Shown here in pieces: positions 50,582-63,446 of a DNA stretch of 64,000 nt; position 1 is the first letter of the stretch, and the number at the start of each line of letters is the position of its first letter. A program made the translations under genes and the position numbers. The stretch covers positions 244,777,929-244,841,928 of the forward strand of contig NC_133620.1 of the NCBI RefSeq assembly GCF_048593235.1, written 5' to 3'. Source of the DNA: Sminthopsis crassicaudata. Lineage: Eukaryota. The notes under the pieces are model-generated. The model was not told where the DNA came from, made no database searches, and was given only the letters and a program-made list of their open reading frames with translations.

Positions 50582-50704
50582 CTCGGGGGCCAGGATCTCC
50601 TGGTAGGCCTGGTAATCCATCTTTACCTGGTGCCCCTGGTTTTCCTTGTGCAGAAAGCATCGCAGCAGGTAGCTTCATCTGGGAGAGGAATAGTGCCATT
50701 CTCT
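50582..50704 (-). CDS. COL19A1: Collagen XIX alpha-1, exon ~49 (123 nt, NC2/COL1)
   Basis: aacaaag|AGAGAATG...CGAG|gtaagt; (E)RMALFLSQMKLPAAMLSAQGKPGAPGKDGLPGLPGDPGPR(G). Confidence 0.93.
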
Positions 50705-51425
50705 CTTTGTTAATGAAAGCCCAAAAAAATACATAAGAATCCCAAGGAGACATCATAAATATCAACAATCCAAAACTCATCTCCTGTTTGTTCTACAATT
50801 GCAATTTGTAATTAGGGGGCTCTGAACTGGATTCCATGAACTTTTGAGTTTTTAAAAAAAAATTGTTTGAAACTATATTTTAACATAATTGGTTTCCTTT
50901 GTAATTTTACATATTATTTTATACACTTAAAGATATTATTCTGCAAAGAGGTTCATAGATCTCACCAGACTACCAAAGGAATTTATTATAAACAAAAAAC
51001 GAAGAGCTCTTGGACTCTATATAATTCAAATGAACCATTTCCGCAATTATTTGGAAATTTTAGACTTCTAGACTTTGTCTTATATGGAAAAATAGGTTGG
51101 AACTCTTTGCCTCAAATTTAGAGATTAGCTGTCTACTTCTATCAGATTTGATAAATGGTTCTTCCCTGAGCTGAGTCTATATCACATTCTGGTGACAATT
51201 TTTGGCCTGAGTTTGACTTGCTGAACTATATTTAGGTATATCACTTCAGTTTCACATTTTAAAAATAATCTTAAAAATGCCTTCCTTCCCTTAGCTATTC
51301 CACAGAAATGTTTTAAATGTATGTGGAACTGGAATTCTTTGTTTTATTAATACAGATGAAATTATTCTAGGAATGACAATCTGGTCTACGTTTACCACAA
51401 CTCCATGATATTAATGCTATGCTAG

Positions 51426-51429
<4 letters not shown>

Positions 51430-51463
<34 letters not shown>
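51430..51463. repeat. (TG)n microsatellite
   Basis: Direct read; an (AAC)n run follows at about 51648-51676. Confidence 0.95.
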
Positions 51464-51467
<4 letters not shown>

Positions 51468-52739
51468 ATATGTTATATGTATATATTAGAAATTACTCAT
51501 ATTTGTTCTCTAAAGATTACTTTCATAAGTTATAAAGGACAAGGTTTCAATATTATTGAAATTGCTCCAGATCTTCTTTGGTAGAGTCTTTGTTTTCTTC
51601 TTTCTTCTCTTCCCTCAAAGATATAAACCCACCAAGTAACAACACAATAACAACAACAACAACAACAACAACAACAAAAACCCTCTCCTCACTGGTATGC
51701 TTTATTATATGTTAATAGGTAATTGAAATGTTGGTGTTTGTCCCTTTATCAATGTAGATATCAAAGCACTATGACTTAGAAGAAATTCTTAGGTAATCAC
51801 TATGATTTGCTTATGGCCATAAGACAGGTAATTTGGACCAGGTCTTCTTGATTCTTGATTCCAGGTGGATAACGTACATGATCTCTGAAGTCTTTTCTAC
51901 CTTTAAGATTATCAACCTTCTTCAAAAAAGAAGATTTTGTCAGTGGAATTTGTGACAAAGATCTAAATTTCAAAGAATGAGCTAAATGCTTAGTAACCTA
52001 TAATGAAGATTATATCTATATGTAAGAACACGAATCCTGCTTTAGACACTTAATAGTTTTTTGATACCATGCAAATCACTTTACCTTTCTGGACTTTAGT
52101 TTCCTCATCTTAAAAATGGGGTTATATAATAATATTACCTACATCACAGGATTGTAGGAAAGAAAAAATGAGTAAATATATGTAAAGTGCTTTGCAAATA
52201 GTAAAAGTTTATACAAATGGTAGCAATTATTGTTATCTACTATGCAATGTTGTTGGGGACCTTTTATAATGTGCTCATCAGTAAAATGAGGGGCTCAGAC
52301 TGGCTTCTTCTTTAAGCTTATAATTTTTTTTCAAAGAAGGAGATTAAAGAAAGTTAACATTTTATTCAGGGATTTTGGTCTGTGGAATTGATGATGAGGA
52401 TCTGAATTTCGAAGAATGAGTTAAATATTCAGCAACCTATATAGAAGACTCCATTTGTACATCCAGAATACTTAACTGGCGATACATTTCCAGGAAATAT
52501 TTTATAGTCTTTATGAAGTCAAGAGCTTTGAGTTTATAGTCTAGAGAGCCCTGGATTTGAATCCTATTTTGGACACATCAATTGTTTAAGCATGGGCAAG
52601 TTATTTAACTTCTTGAGCCCCAATTTCCTCATCTCTAAAATGGGAATACTAACATCTGTAGTATATATTTAAGAGTTCTGGGGAGCAAAAAATGACATAA
52701 GTACTTTATAAACTTTAAATATATAAATTTTATTTAATC

Positions 52740-54850
52740 TCAGAATTTGAGAATTGGAAGGGAAGTTAGTAGCCATAAAGTCTAACACTCACATGAAAGA
52801 ACCTTCATCAGAACATATCCTACAAATGGTTGGTTATTCAGCATCTGCTTGAAGACTTGGAAGGAGAGGGAATTCTATAACCTCTCTAAACATCCCATTC
52901 TACTTTTGGACAGCTCGAGTTCTTTTTTTAACTTCTACCCATTACTTCTATTTCTGGTTTCTAGAGACAAATAGAACAAATCTTATCCCTTTTCCACATG
53001 ACATCCCTTCAAGTTCTTGAACAGACCTATTATGCTCTCTCTCAATCTTCTTTTCTCCAGACTGAATATGCTCAGCTCTTTCAACAAATTCTTATATGTC
53101 TTATACTTAAGGCTTTTTATCAAGCTGCTTGTCCTCCTCTTATTAATAATCTAGCTTTTCAAAGTCCTCCTTACACCAAGATGTCAAGAACTTAATATAA
53201 TACTACAGAGGAGGTCTGATAAGGGCAGAATACAGTGAAATGGATCCTTCTCTATTCCTAAAAACTATTTCACTCCTAATCACTGCAAGATCTCGTTAGC
53301 TTTTTTGACTGTCAAATGCACTTTTGACTCATATTCAGCTTGTAGTTCATTAAAACTCCTAGATTCTTTTTGGAACAGTTGCAATCTATCCATGCCTCCT
53401 CATCTTATTATATCTGTGGAGTTGGCTTTTTTATATGCAAGTATAAGATTTTACATTTATCTCTATTGATTTTCATCTTATTAGACTCAGCCCCATGCTG
53501 ATTCTCTGTCTAATTGTCAAGATCCTTTGTGATCTCGCCTGGGTCATCCAGTGTTTTAGTCACTGTCCCAGCTTAGTATTATGTGTGAATTTAATGACTA
53601 TGCCATATCTGTCTTTCTACAAGTAAGTTATTGTGAATGATGTTAAGTAGAACATAGGTAAGTAAAGATTACTGGGGGTACTTCACTGCAGATGCCTTGC
53701 CAGGTTGATACTGAGTTATTAATGATTATTCTTTGAGTCTGGATACATCCAATTCTGAATCTATTTGATTGTATTACTACCTAATCCACATTTCTCCATA
53801 CTTTTTCACAAGATTAATATAATATACTTTATCAAAAACTTAGCTAAAATCTAGATAAACTATAATCAATAGCATTCCCCTCATTTATTATTTTATAATC
53901 TTGAAGAAAAAAGAAATGAATTTCACCTGGCATGATTTTATTTTGATGAAGTCATGCTGACTATAATTACCATTTCCCTTTCTAAATATTTGCTGATCAT
54001 CTTTTTAATGATTCTTCCCAGGATTTTTCCCAGGAATCAGTGACCTATAGTTAACAAATGCTGTTATTTGCCTTTAACCAATTTTGCTATGGACATCTAG
54101 GTGGTACAGTAGATAGAGCATAGGACTTGAAATAAAGGAAATTTTTCTTCCTGAGTTTAAATGTGACTTTAGACACTTACTCTCTGTGTGATCTTGGATA
54201 AGTCGTTTTAACTCTCTTTGCCTCAGTATCTCATTTGTAAAATGAGATGGAGTAGGAAATAGCAAATCACTTCAGTATTTTTGCCAAGGAAACCCCAAAC
54301 AGGGTCATGAATAAGAGAAACTGACTGTACAACATTTTGCTATATTCTGTTTTCCATGATCTTTTAGATATCACTGACAGTAGTTCAGCAATCACATCTG
54401 CCAGTTCTTTTATGACTAAAATATGTAGTTCCTCTAGGACAGGCGACTTGTATTTATCAAGGACAGCTAAGTGCTCTCTTTCTATCTCCTTATTTATTGT
54501 GGGTGTCAAGTCCCTGTTAGTTATTTTTTTCCTTGTCATTTCTAGTATAACAATTACTCTCCTTTGCAGGAAAAAAAACACAACAACCTAGAAACAAAGT
54601 AAAAAAGACTCTGTCTTTTCTTTTCTCAGATGTCATCATTCATCCACCCTAAGCAAGGATTCAATCCATACTTTGATCCTCCTTTTTTCCCCTAACATGT
54701 CTAAACAAACCCTTTTTATTGTCCTTAGTTTCCCTCACCAATCTCAATTTATTCTGAATTTTAGCATTATTGACATTTTTTTTCAAAGAAGGCAGAGATA
54801 ACACTCTTATGTTTAACTCCTGTTATCTGGCCTTGCTTCTAGAACAACAT
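52740..54850 (-). mobile_element. L3/CR1 LINE, long decayed copy interrupted by a SINE
   Basis: ORF 54267-54581 (-) contains DKYKSPVLEELHILVIKELADVIAELLSVISKRSWKT, matching the CR1 pre-RT motif KSxGPDxLHPRVLKELADVIAEPLSII; 3' end near 52740. Confidence 0.8.
54091..54333 (+). mobile_element. MAR1-type SINE nested in L3, 10-bp TSD
   Basis: ggacatctaggtggtacagtagatagagc head; TSD attttgctat at 54081-54090 and 54334-54343. Confidence 0.85.
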
Positions 54851-57497
54851 CAAGAAATTCAAGTGATGTGATGCCTCTGGAGAGAAAGGCATAAATAGAA
54901 AAAGATGGAAAATTAATATTTAATTAATAGTTTTGACTATAAAATGAATGTATCAACAATAAAATATTATTGGAGGGCAATATTCTTGTTCAAGTCTATG
55001 AATTAAGCATTGCTATATTTTCATATTAGGAATTATATTGTTACAGGAGTTATGGCTTAATAAGGTAGAAGGAGACTAATTTGGGGAAAGTCAATCAAAA
55101 GATCTTATAATTTTATAAATGCTATTGTGGGGCCTCTTGTGAAGACCTTAGTTCCTACATGACATATAGGCTAGGATTCAATTTGAGATATTATTCATAG
55201 AATTGCTTCTTAGAGTAGATATGCCATAATACAATTTGCCAATATAAACTATTAAAAAAATAACAATTCCATTACAAAAATATCAAATATTTTTGGATTT
55301 AATTTAGATAAAATTATTTTTATAATTATTCTTACAAATTATTTCATTTGTTCATATAAGAATTATGGAGACCTTCAAGATCATCTGACTTGACCCCTTC
55401 ATTTTATAGTTGTTCTTTTATAGATGAGAGGTATTTAAGTCCATTTAAATAAGACTGTCTTCTAAGCCTGTTGATGTACCTCACTTCAAGTAAATTGAAT
55501 AGAGACAGCTACAAGTTTAAAAAATGATAGATTGGGAAGGAATGAACACTTTACAAAATATGTGTTGATTTACAAAAGGACTGATAAGACTTTTTAAATA
55601 GTCTAAATATTATTTAACTAATCTATTTAGTCTATTTAAATATTATTTAATTTTTAAAAATACAATTTACAAACATTTTTTCAAGAACACATCTGGTATA
55701 TAAAATGAGGAACATTTCTAATTCAAATATCACACATATTCCAACAGGATAAAAAAATTAAACAAAAATTCATCAGGCTTGGGGTAGCCATTTTCCAAGA
55801 AAATTTCCCATGGATATAATGAGTTTTATGTCTAAGTGTCCATCAATCACCAAAGCAAGTTTCTACTTTGTTTCTTCCACCCTTCCCACCCATATCTTTT
55901 CTTCATATCTTTGTCTTCATATCTTTTCCCTCCCATTCCTTCTCAGCTTCCTTGTATTTATGATCTTCCTCCACTAGAATATAAGCTTCTTGAAGGTGCA
56001 AACTATCTTTCAGCTTGTATTTACATTCTTATCACTTAGTACAGCACTTGAAACATAATATATGCTTAATAAATGCTTGTTGAGTTGACTTAATTTGGCA
56101 AGCATTTATAAGAAAAAACCCCAAAACAAATCATTTAGTAAGCACTAATCTGCCTACAATTTGCCACAGGGAGAGAATTTTCAAATATGATGTACTTTTC
56201 TCACTTTCTTCTGATATTAGTAGGACAGTAGTAGGGTCTATAGGCTATACTTTGCCTATGACAACCCATTACGGAAGCAATAATAATTTTAAAAGTACAT
56301 TTTGAGTGAAAAGTTTCCATTGTCCAATTGGCAAATAATTTCTGGTTTTATCCAGAAAAGCAATTACCCGTTACAATGTCATTTAACTTAATTATAGGCA
56401 CATCTGTTTCAAACACCTTCAACTTACAAACAAAAGTACTCACAACTCACTTTTCTTCCTTCTATATGTGGGTTAAATGAGCTTAAATTCAAAAGCAATT
56501 GGTTTTGGTAATTTACAATTTTTAAACAAAACAGGAAAAATCTTTTAAATGATTACATGCAACTATAAATTAATCACCTTTAAAATACACACCAAAATAA
56601 TTATTTAGCCCAAGGCTAATGATTTCTTATAAATCCTGTCCAACTGCTAGATAATTAAAAATAATATGTTTTGTATGCTCTAAATGAAATGTGAACGTCT
56701 GTGCTCTTAATTGCCTTTCCTCTTTTTTTGGGAGATCTTTTGTCAATTAAACAGTTTTTGGCCATGCTTTCTAATGGACCAGGAAATTAAATAGTTCTAA
56801 TGGAAGATTACTGACAGTTAATACCCACATTTTGTCTATTAAGGCAAATCCATTACAATCACTTTAAAAAAATGAACTCAGTGTTTTGGCTTTCTTGGAG
56901 AATGGGAGCACCAAGGCAATGATGATGATGAAGATAACTCATTGGATCACAGCATTGTAAAGGACAATCAGGGACCTTCTAGGTCATTCTCTAATTCATT
57001 TAAAAAAAAAAAACAACTGTGTTTTTTTTTTCAGTGCAATTAAACAAACAAACAACAGCAGCAACAACAAAACAAAAAATCTCTAGGAACAGAGGTTCCA
57101 TAATCTTCCCTGGTTGCCTATTCTAGTGTTTAATTACCCTTTTCTTTTGTTATAATGAACCTATTTTCTCTTGTTCCATCTTCTATAGAAAGAGAGAACA
57201 GGAGATCAGCATTCTCTGTGAAACTCTGCATATATTTCTTCAAAGTACATTTTAACTTCCAGGTTAAATAATATTTTCTCAAAGGACAATTCAATTAGAT
57301 TCAATCTCAAAGAAATTTATTAAGCATCTGTTATGAACCAGGCTTATATCTTTGGTTTCGGGAATTCAGAGATTAGAAAAAGAAGAAAAAAAGAAGAAAA
57401 AAGAAAGAAAGAAAAAAAGAACAGATTGTCATGTCTTCCCTTGAGACACTTCCAATCTATTGGGGGTGGTAAGTTATAATAGTTGTACAAATAAATA

Positions 57498-57516
57498 TAA
57501 CCAGCAGGTGGCACTA
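57498..57516 (+). promoter_or_regulatory. CTCF motif
   Basis: taaCCAGCAGGTGGCACTA fits the CCASYAGRKGGCRSYR core with no mismatch. Confidence 0.65.
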
Positions 57517-58999
57517 TCTGGTAAGCTTTAAAGATATAGGTGGAAAATAAAAGCTAAAGTTTAGGAATGTAGACCAGTTATATTCTTTGCAGATCACATC
57601 TTTCTCTTCTCCCTAGGCATCTACGCAGTGTGAACTACCTTTTGCTCATACCTTTATTCCTTTTTTTTTTCTTTTTCTTTTCTTTCTTTTTTTTTTTTTT
57701 TTCTGAGGCTGCATTTCTCACTAAGATGCATGCAGGCCATGTTTAACAATCAGCTCTCTCTTCCCCACCCCATCCCTCCAAAATGACATGACACATTTTA
57801 AACACATTTTCTCCATCACTTTTTAAAGTCTAAGCAATCAATAAAAGAATAACTCAAGTTCTAATTTGTAGAAATTGCCAATTTGTGAGGTGTAAATGCT
57901 AACACTGAAAATATAATAAAGGGTTCTCCCAAGCTAAGTTGATTTCAGCATATCCCTAGATCCCTGGATCTCTTTGCTATCTGAATTTTGCTTACTCCTA
58001 CCTCAGCAGCCTAGAGGAAAGGGGCCATGGTCCATCTCTCTCTGATGCATAAGATTCTATAATATGAGTTATAAAATCAAATGTAGAAGACTCTCTCTCA
58101 TTTAGCTTATCCAAATATTAGTGGAAACTGGAGCAGCTAAATGTTTAGGATTTTTTTCTTTTTAATCGAGGGTAAACTAGCTTTTAAAAAGCATTGAATA
58201 ATTTAGTATGTAAACAATTAGAACTAACAGATAAGCTTTTAACATACACTTAACCAACTGGGGTGGTCATGGAAAAGGGCAGCCAATTATATCTCTTTTA
58301 TCAATCCTTTTGTGGAGAAAAGTCCAATAACAACCAGATACACATGTACTTGCAGCTTCAAGCTTTTCTATTGTCTGTGACAGACAAGCAGAGGAAGTAT
58401 CTGTGGAGCCTCTATTCCATATCCTCATTTGAATTACACACACTTCCAACCCAGTATGTGCTTCACAAGCTCCTCCCAGGGTGGATGCTTTTTGTATAAG
58501 ACTACAATTCTTAGAATCCACACAGTTAGGTTTCAGAATGTTACCCTGCCCATAGGGAAATCAGCTTGAATATCTAGTTACATGAATATAACATGAATCA
58601 GAATGCAATGGAGAAAAGGAGGGCACTAATTAAAGTTCTCTAAGGGTATCTGATGAGGAGGACATACTTTTTTTAGGCTGTGGTGGGTGTGGGTGTGGGG
58701 TGGATCACAGTTCTTGGCAGGCTTTTTGGAGGTTGTGGTAGGTGAGCTGAGCCTTGAAGGAAGAGAAGGATTTTCGCAGGTAAATAAGAGATAACATCTT
58801 TCTTTCCTCTTGGCTCTCTTTTGTCCCTCTCACATGTCATTTACCTACATCATACTTATTTGGTCATCTGTCATGTCTCTCATTAAACTCTAAAGGTTTT
58901 TTTTTTTTTAAAGGCAGAGAGTATATTATTTTTCATCTCTGTATTTTCAATATTTAGCACAGTTTCTTGCATTATAGTACCTATGTAAAGTTTGTTAAT

Positions 59000-59864
59000 T
59001 GAACTGGATGCAGGATTTTAAATGTCAAAAACATTCCCTATCCTTTCTCTGATTACCCCCTTCCATCATTTTAACTTTTGAGCTAACAACATCTCACTGA
59101 TGACTTATGAGTCACCTGATAGCATAGTATGAACATTTCAGAAAATTAATCAAGCAATGAGGTAAGCCATTACTTTGGATTTAATTCTGACTAATAAGAA
59201 ACCATTGGTTGGATGTCAAAATAGAATAGGAATCATCTTGTATTTCCTAAAAAAAGCATTCTGAGCATAATAAAGGATTAATGATTCCACAGTCAGAATT
59301 TCTAAAAGGAAAAATGACATGAGAAAGAAAAGACAATTCAAAAAACAAAGTTTTGAAAATGAAATCACAAATCTAAATAATTGTGATTGCATAGAAAGTT
59401 GTTTGACAAAAATCATAATTTTAAAAGTATATATAAGAAAGCTAATAACAAGGATGCACAGAAAAATGTGGGATGAATTTATGAGAATAATTAGTATCTG
59501 GAAATATGAAATCCTAAATGAGTTATAAAGAATGCAATGGTCTGGAAAAACTAAGAAAGGCTGGCCTCACAGCTTAATATTATGGGTTAAAGTAACATAG
59601 TATAATTATATAACTCTTATTTTGTGTCTACCTCCTCTGTCATGGAGAATGATCATTAAACTGGGAAAGGTGGAACAAACATGATTAAATGACTACTAAA
59701 GCCCAAGATGGGTAAGAAAAGAAAGACTTAGCTTTGTAAGTTCAGATGATTTATATCCTAACATAAGAAATTCTAGATGTCAATGCAGAAAGATTATTGG
59801 TAATGTTGGTGAAAAAAAGTAGAATCAGAGAGGTGCCAGAAGAATGGAAACAGATACAAGTTTT

Positions 59865-59895
<31 letters not shown>

Positions 59896-60710
59896 AAGAA
59901 AGAGAGAAAAAGAGACAGAGAGAAAATGGGAGAGACAGAGAGAAAAGAGAGGCAGAGAAAGCAAATATTTAAATCGAAAGATTATTGATGAATGAATTTG
60001 ACTTTATGGTAAAATTCTAGAATAATTGTGTTAAACTTAAATGGAAATAGGACCACTAAATTGCACACAAGGATATGTGATGACCTGTAAATTGACTTAG
60101 AAAACCAAAAATTGATGTTCTGTTGTAATTTTTACTTATTCAATATTATTAAATATTTTCCAAATGTAATTTAGTCTGATTTCTATGTCACTTGAGTGTT
60201 GTGCAGAGCACTGCCATATTTTTGATATTTCTGTTCTAGGATGTAACAAACTGATCTCATATCAGTAGATAAGTACAATGTCAAATATATTCATGATTGT
60301 CTTGTGGATGGACAATTGTGAAAACAGCATAATATGAGCTAATGGTAGTGTGAGATAATATATCTTGGTGAATTAATAACTGGTTGCACCACAATATACC
60401 AAAGGAGTTAAGCTGAAGCTGAATCTAAAGGGACTGTCACAGGGAAGAAAGATTGGAATTTGTTTTACTCCAGAGGGCTGAAACATCATTAGTGGGTACA
60501 AATATTTTATAGAAGCAGAGTTTTGCTTCATAAAAGGAAGAACTTTTTAACAATTATAGCTCTATGCAAAATGGAACTGGTCACTTTGTAAGGGAGTGAA
60601 TTTCCCACAACTTGAGGTATTCAGAAAGAGGCTGAGTACTTATCTGTCAGATTGTAGAGGGGATTTCTGTAATGCTTAGATTAGGTGTAGGATAATAGGA
60701 TTTTCATTTT
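59000..60710 (+). mobile_element. L3/CR1 LINE, decayed fragments with a GA-rich insertion at about 59868-59955
   Basis: ttggatttaattctgactaataag (endonuclease region), cagaagaatggaaacag, and 3' end gttttgcttcataaaaggaagaac...cttgaggtattcagaaagaggctg. Confidence 0.65.
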
Positions 60711-61037
60711 GAATAGATTTGGAAGAGACTTTAGAGATCATTGATAATTTTTTTAGATGAGATACCAGAGTTCAGACATATGAAATAACACCACACTAGA
60801 AAGAACAAGTATATCAAGTGCTACACAAATCTGCCTGGTCCTTCAAGGTGTTCTTAAATTCCAAACCTTCTAAAGTTAATCATGTCATAGAGACAGTAAA
60901 TGGTAGAACTCAAATTCAGGTTTTCTGATTCAGACTGTGCTTTTTTCCCCACTAAAATTATAATCAGATCTTGTCCAGAATTGGATTTTTCCATGAAATA
61001 ATTTCAGAAACACAGAGACTGAAAATCATGTTCTAAC

Positions 61038-61104
61038 CTTCAAAAATCCTCAGGACCTCTTGATTTATGTAATTTTTTATTTCTTCAAATGAGACTGCAT
61101 CAGC
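61038..61104 (-). CDS. COL19A1: Collagen XIX alpha-1, exon ~48 (67 nt, NC2 trimerization domain)
   Basis: cttcag|GCT...GAAG|gttaga; ADAVSFEEIKNYINQEVLRIFE(E), near-identical to human. Confidence 0.97.
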
Positions 61105-63275
61105 CTGAAGAAAAAAAAAAAAGAATAAATTGTTATAGCACAGCATTTTACAAATGAAGATGGAATAAAAAAGTTGGTTTTGTAACTCTATCTCTGAAAC
61201 TATCAAAGAGATAAATTTAATCAAAGGATGATATTTTTGAAGGTTGATTAAACAAAGTTGCAAATATATTTTTTTGTTGATGAAATGCTGAAAAGAAACT
61301 GAGGTGTTTCATTAGTTTAAAAAGACCTGTTCTGAGCTGGGTTTATAGATAAGCCATAAGGATGTCACTTTCACTATATATGGATAAATGTTTCTGTACT
61401 ACATAATTAAAGAATATTCACATTTCCTCTTCTAAAACCCCTGGGACTAGATAGACATTTTTACTACTTCTACTATTATTATCACAACAGATTGCCCAAT
61501 AATACTTGTCCTACTAGAATATCAGCTTCTTGAAGCAGGATAATATGTGGATTTTATCATTAAATCCTTAATGCCTAATGTAGTGTTCAACAATATTTAT
61601 CACATAAGTTATTTAGCAAATCCTTGTTGATTGACAGAATTAAGTTGATTTCTAAAGAAAATTAGGGAATGGACAAATTAAGAATTGGTTTAATAGGTTT
61701 TCAAAAATAAATTGGTGAGTATTATTTATTGGGACCAAAATGAAATTTTATTTTTAGAACTGAAAACTACATATTATTGTATCTTTAGCAAATGAAACTT
61801 TGTTTATTAAAATGGTTTAAATCTGTGGTTTACATAGAGAGATAATAGAATTGAACCATCCTCTGGTCTTAGCTAAAAATAAAAAGAACATTAGTATCTT
61901 ATACCTGAGAATTAAGGAGAAAACAAAAAAGATAAAACTTCTTTAGTAAAGTTTAATGGGATAAGCTTAATTTTTTTTATCTACTTGATAAAAAAGCCCA
62001 CGTACAGCTGCCAAAATTATTCCAAATCCTTATTAAAATAATTTAAATCTGATGTTTTATACCATCAACTAAAATTTTTAATATTGCTTTGTTTATTTTT
62101 AAATATAAATATCTAATTGTTCAATTTTGGAGATTATAAGTCATGTGTGTAATGGCCAGGGAAGGAAGGATAGAATACCAAGTAAATTCCTTTTTTTCCC
62201 CCCAGTTCCATTTTCATTGTATAGAGGGCAAAATAAAGTAGAAAGTGTTGGTTAAATTATTTCAGTTAGAGTCATCAGTTGTGACTGGCAAATCATTAAA
62301 ATAGATTCCTACACAAAAGCTGAGTCTGAAGAGGTAAGAAAGGTAACAAGATGGCAAGAAGAAAGGAAGGAAGACATATACAAATTACATTCAGAGCAAA
62401 GACCAAATCTGGAAATATCCAGAAACTTGAGTAAGATCCAATTCACAATAGTGATAGTTTGTCTAATGCTTCTGACATTTCTGTGAAGAAGTCAGTGTTC
62501 ATTTTGACCATATTTTTTTGTGCTAAGATATTTTACTTCCATTAAATAAATCCCCACAGTGAGGATTATTAATAAATCATCTGTCTTCTTTACATAGGCT
62601 TAATTAAAAAGCATGGTAGGCCAAAAAGTTTTCCCTGGGAAGACCCTTATCAACATTTATATTCTATTCTATGTCCATCATTTAACAGACTCTTCAAGAA
62701 AATTGAGTTTTGATGTTATATAGACTCTGTCTAAGAGTGTTTCATATCATTTTGGTCCATTTGCTTTTTAAGCATTGAATTAAATCTGTGAAAGACCTCA
62801 GGATTTTGAGTAAATTAATAGGTAAGACTGATTAATGGTAGATATCTTCCCTTGCTTGATAGAGAGCTGATGGAATAAAGGTACAGAACCAGACAAACGT
62901 CTTCAGAAATATTCAATATCTTGATTTGGTTTGGCTTTATGCTACATATTTTTTAAAAAGGAAAATTTAGCTTGAGGTGAGGAGAAGGAAGAAAGTTGAT
63001 GGACAGCAATAGATATGAAAAGAAAAAATAAAGAGCATTAATAAAGCATTTTAAAAAGTTTTACATAGGGGAGTAGAAGTCCAGAAAGTCAAAGAGAGCA
63101 GTTTATTACTACTTAATTAGGTTCATATATGTCTTTCAAAAAAAATAAAATGTTGAATGTGTAAAAACTTTACAGTACCTGATATAGTGTTTCCCCTGTT
63201 TTCCATGTTTTATTTGTGATTATTGAATTCATAACAATAATGATTTTAAAGAAAAGCAACTCTGATGTAGCTTAC

Positions 63276-63446
63276 CGGAATTCCAGGGGTTCCTGGAGTA
63301 CCTGGAGGCCCTTGATACCCAGGGGTTCCTGGAGAACCTTTGTTTCCTGGGGGTCCCATGGGACCTATCATTCCCTTTACTCCTGGAAGACCAGTTTTTC
63401 CTCTTTCACCTTGTGGACCTCTGTCTCCTGGTATTCCTTGATCACC
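63276..63446 (-). CDS. COL19A1: Collagen XIX alpha-1, exon ~47 (171 nt, COL2)
   Basis: Minus strand ctaatag|GGT...CCG|gtaagc; 19 uninterrupted Gly-X-Y triplets [57 protein letters not shown]. Confidence 0.95.

Noticed and set aside
50705-61037. U12-type intron, suggested by TTCATTAAC close to the acceptor
   Set aside because: The donor is GTTAGA, not the U12 consensus GTATCCTT.
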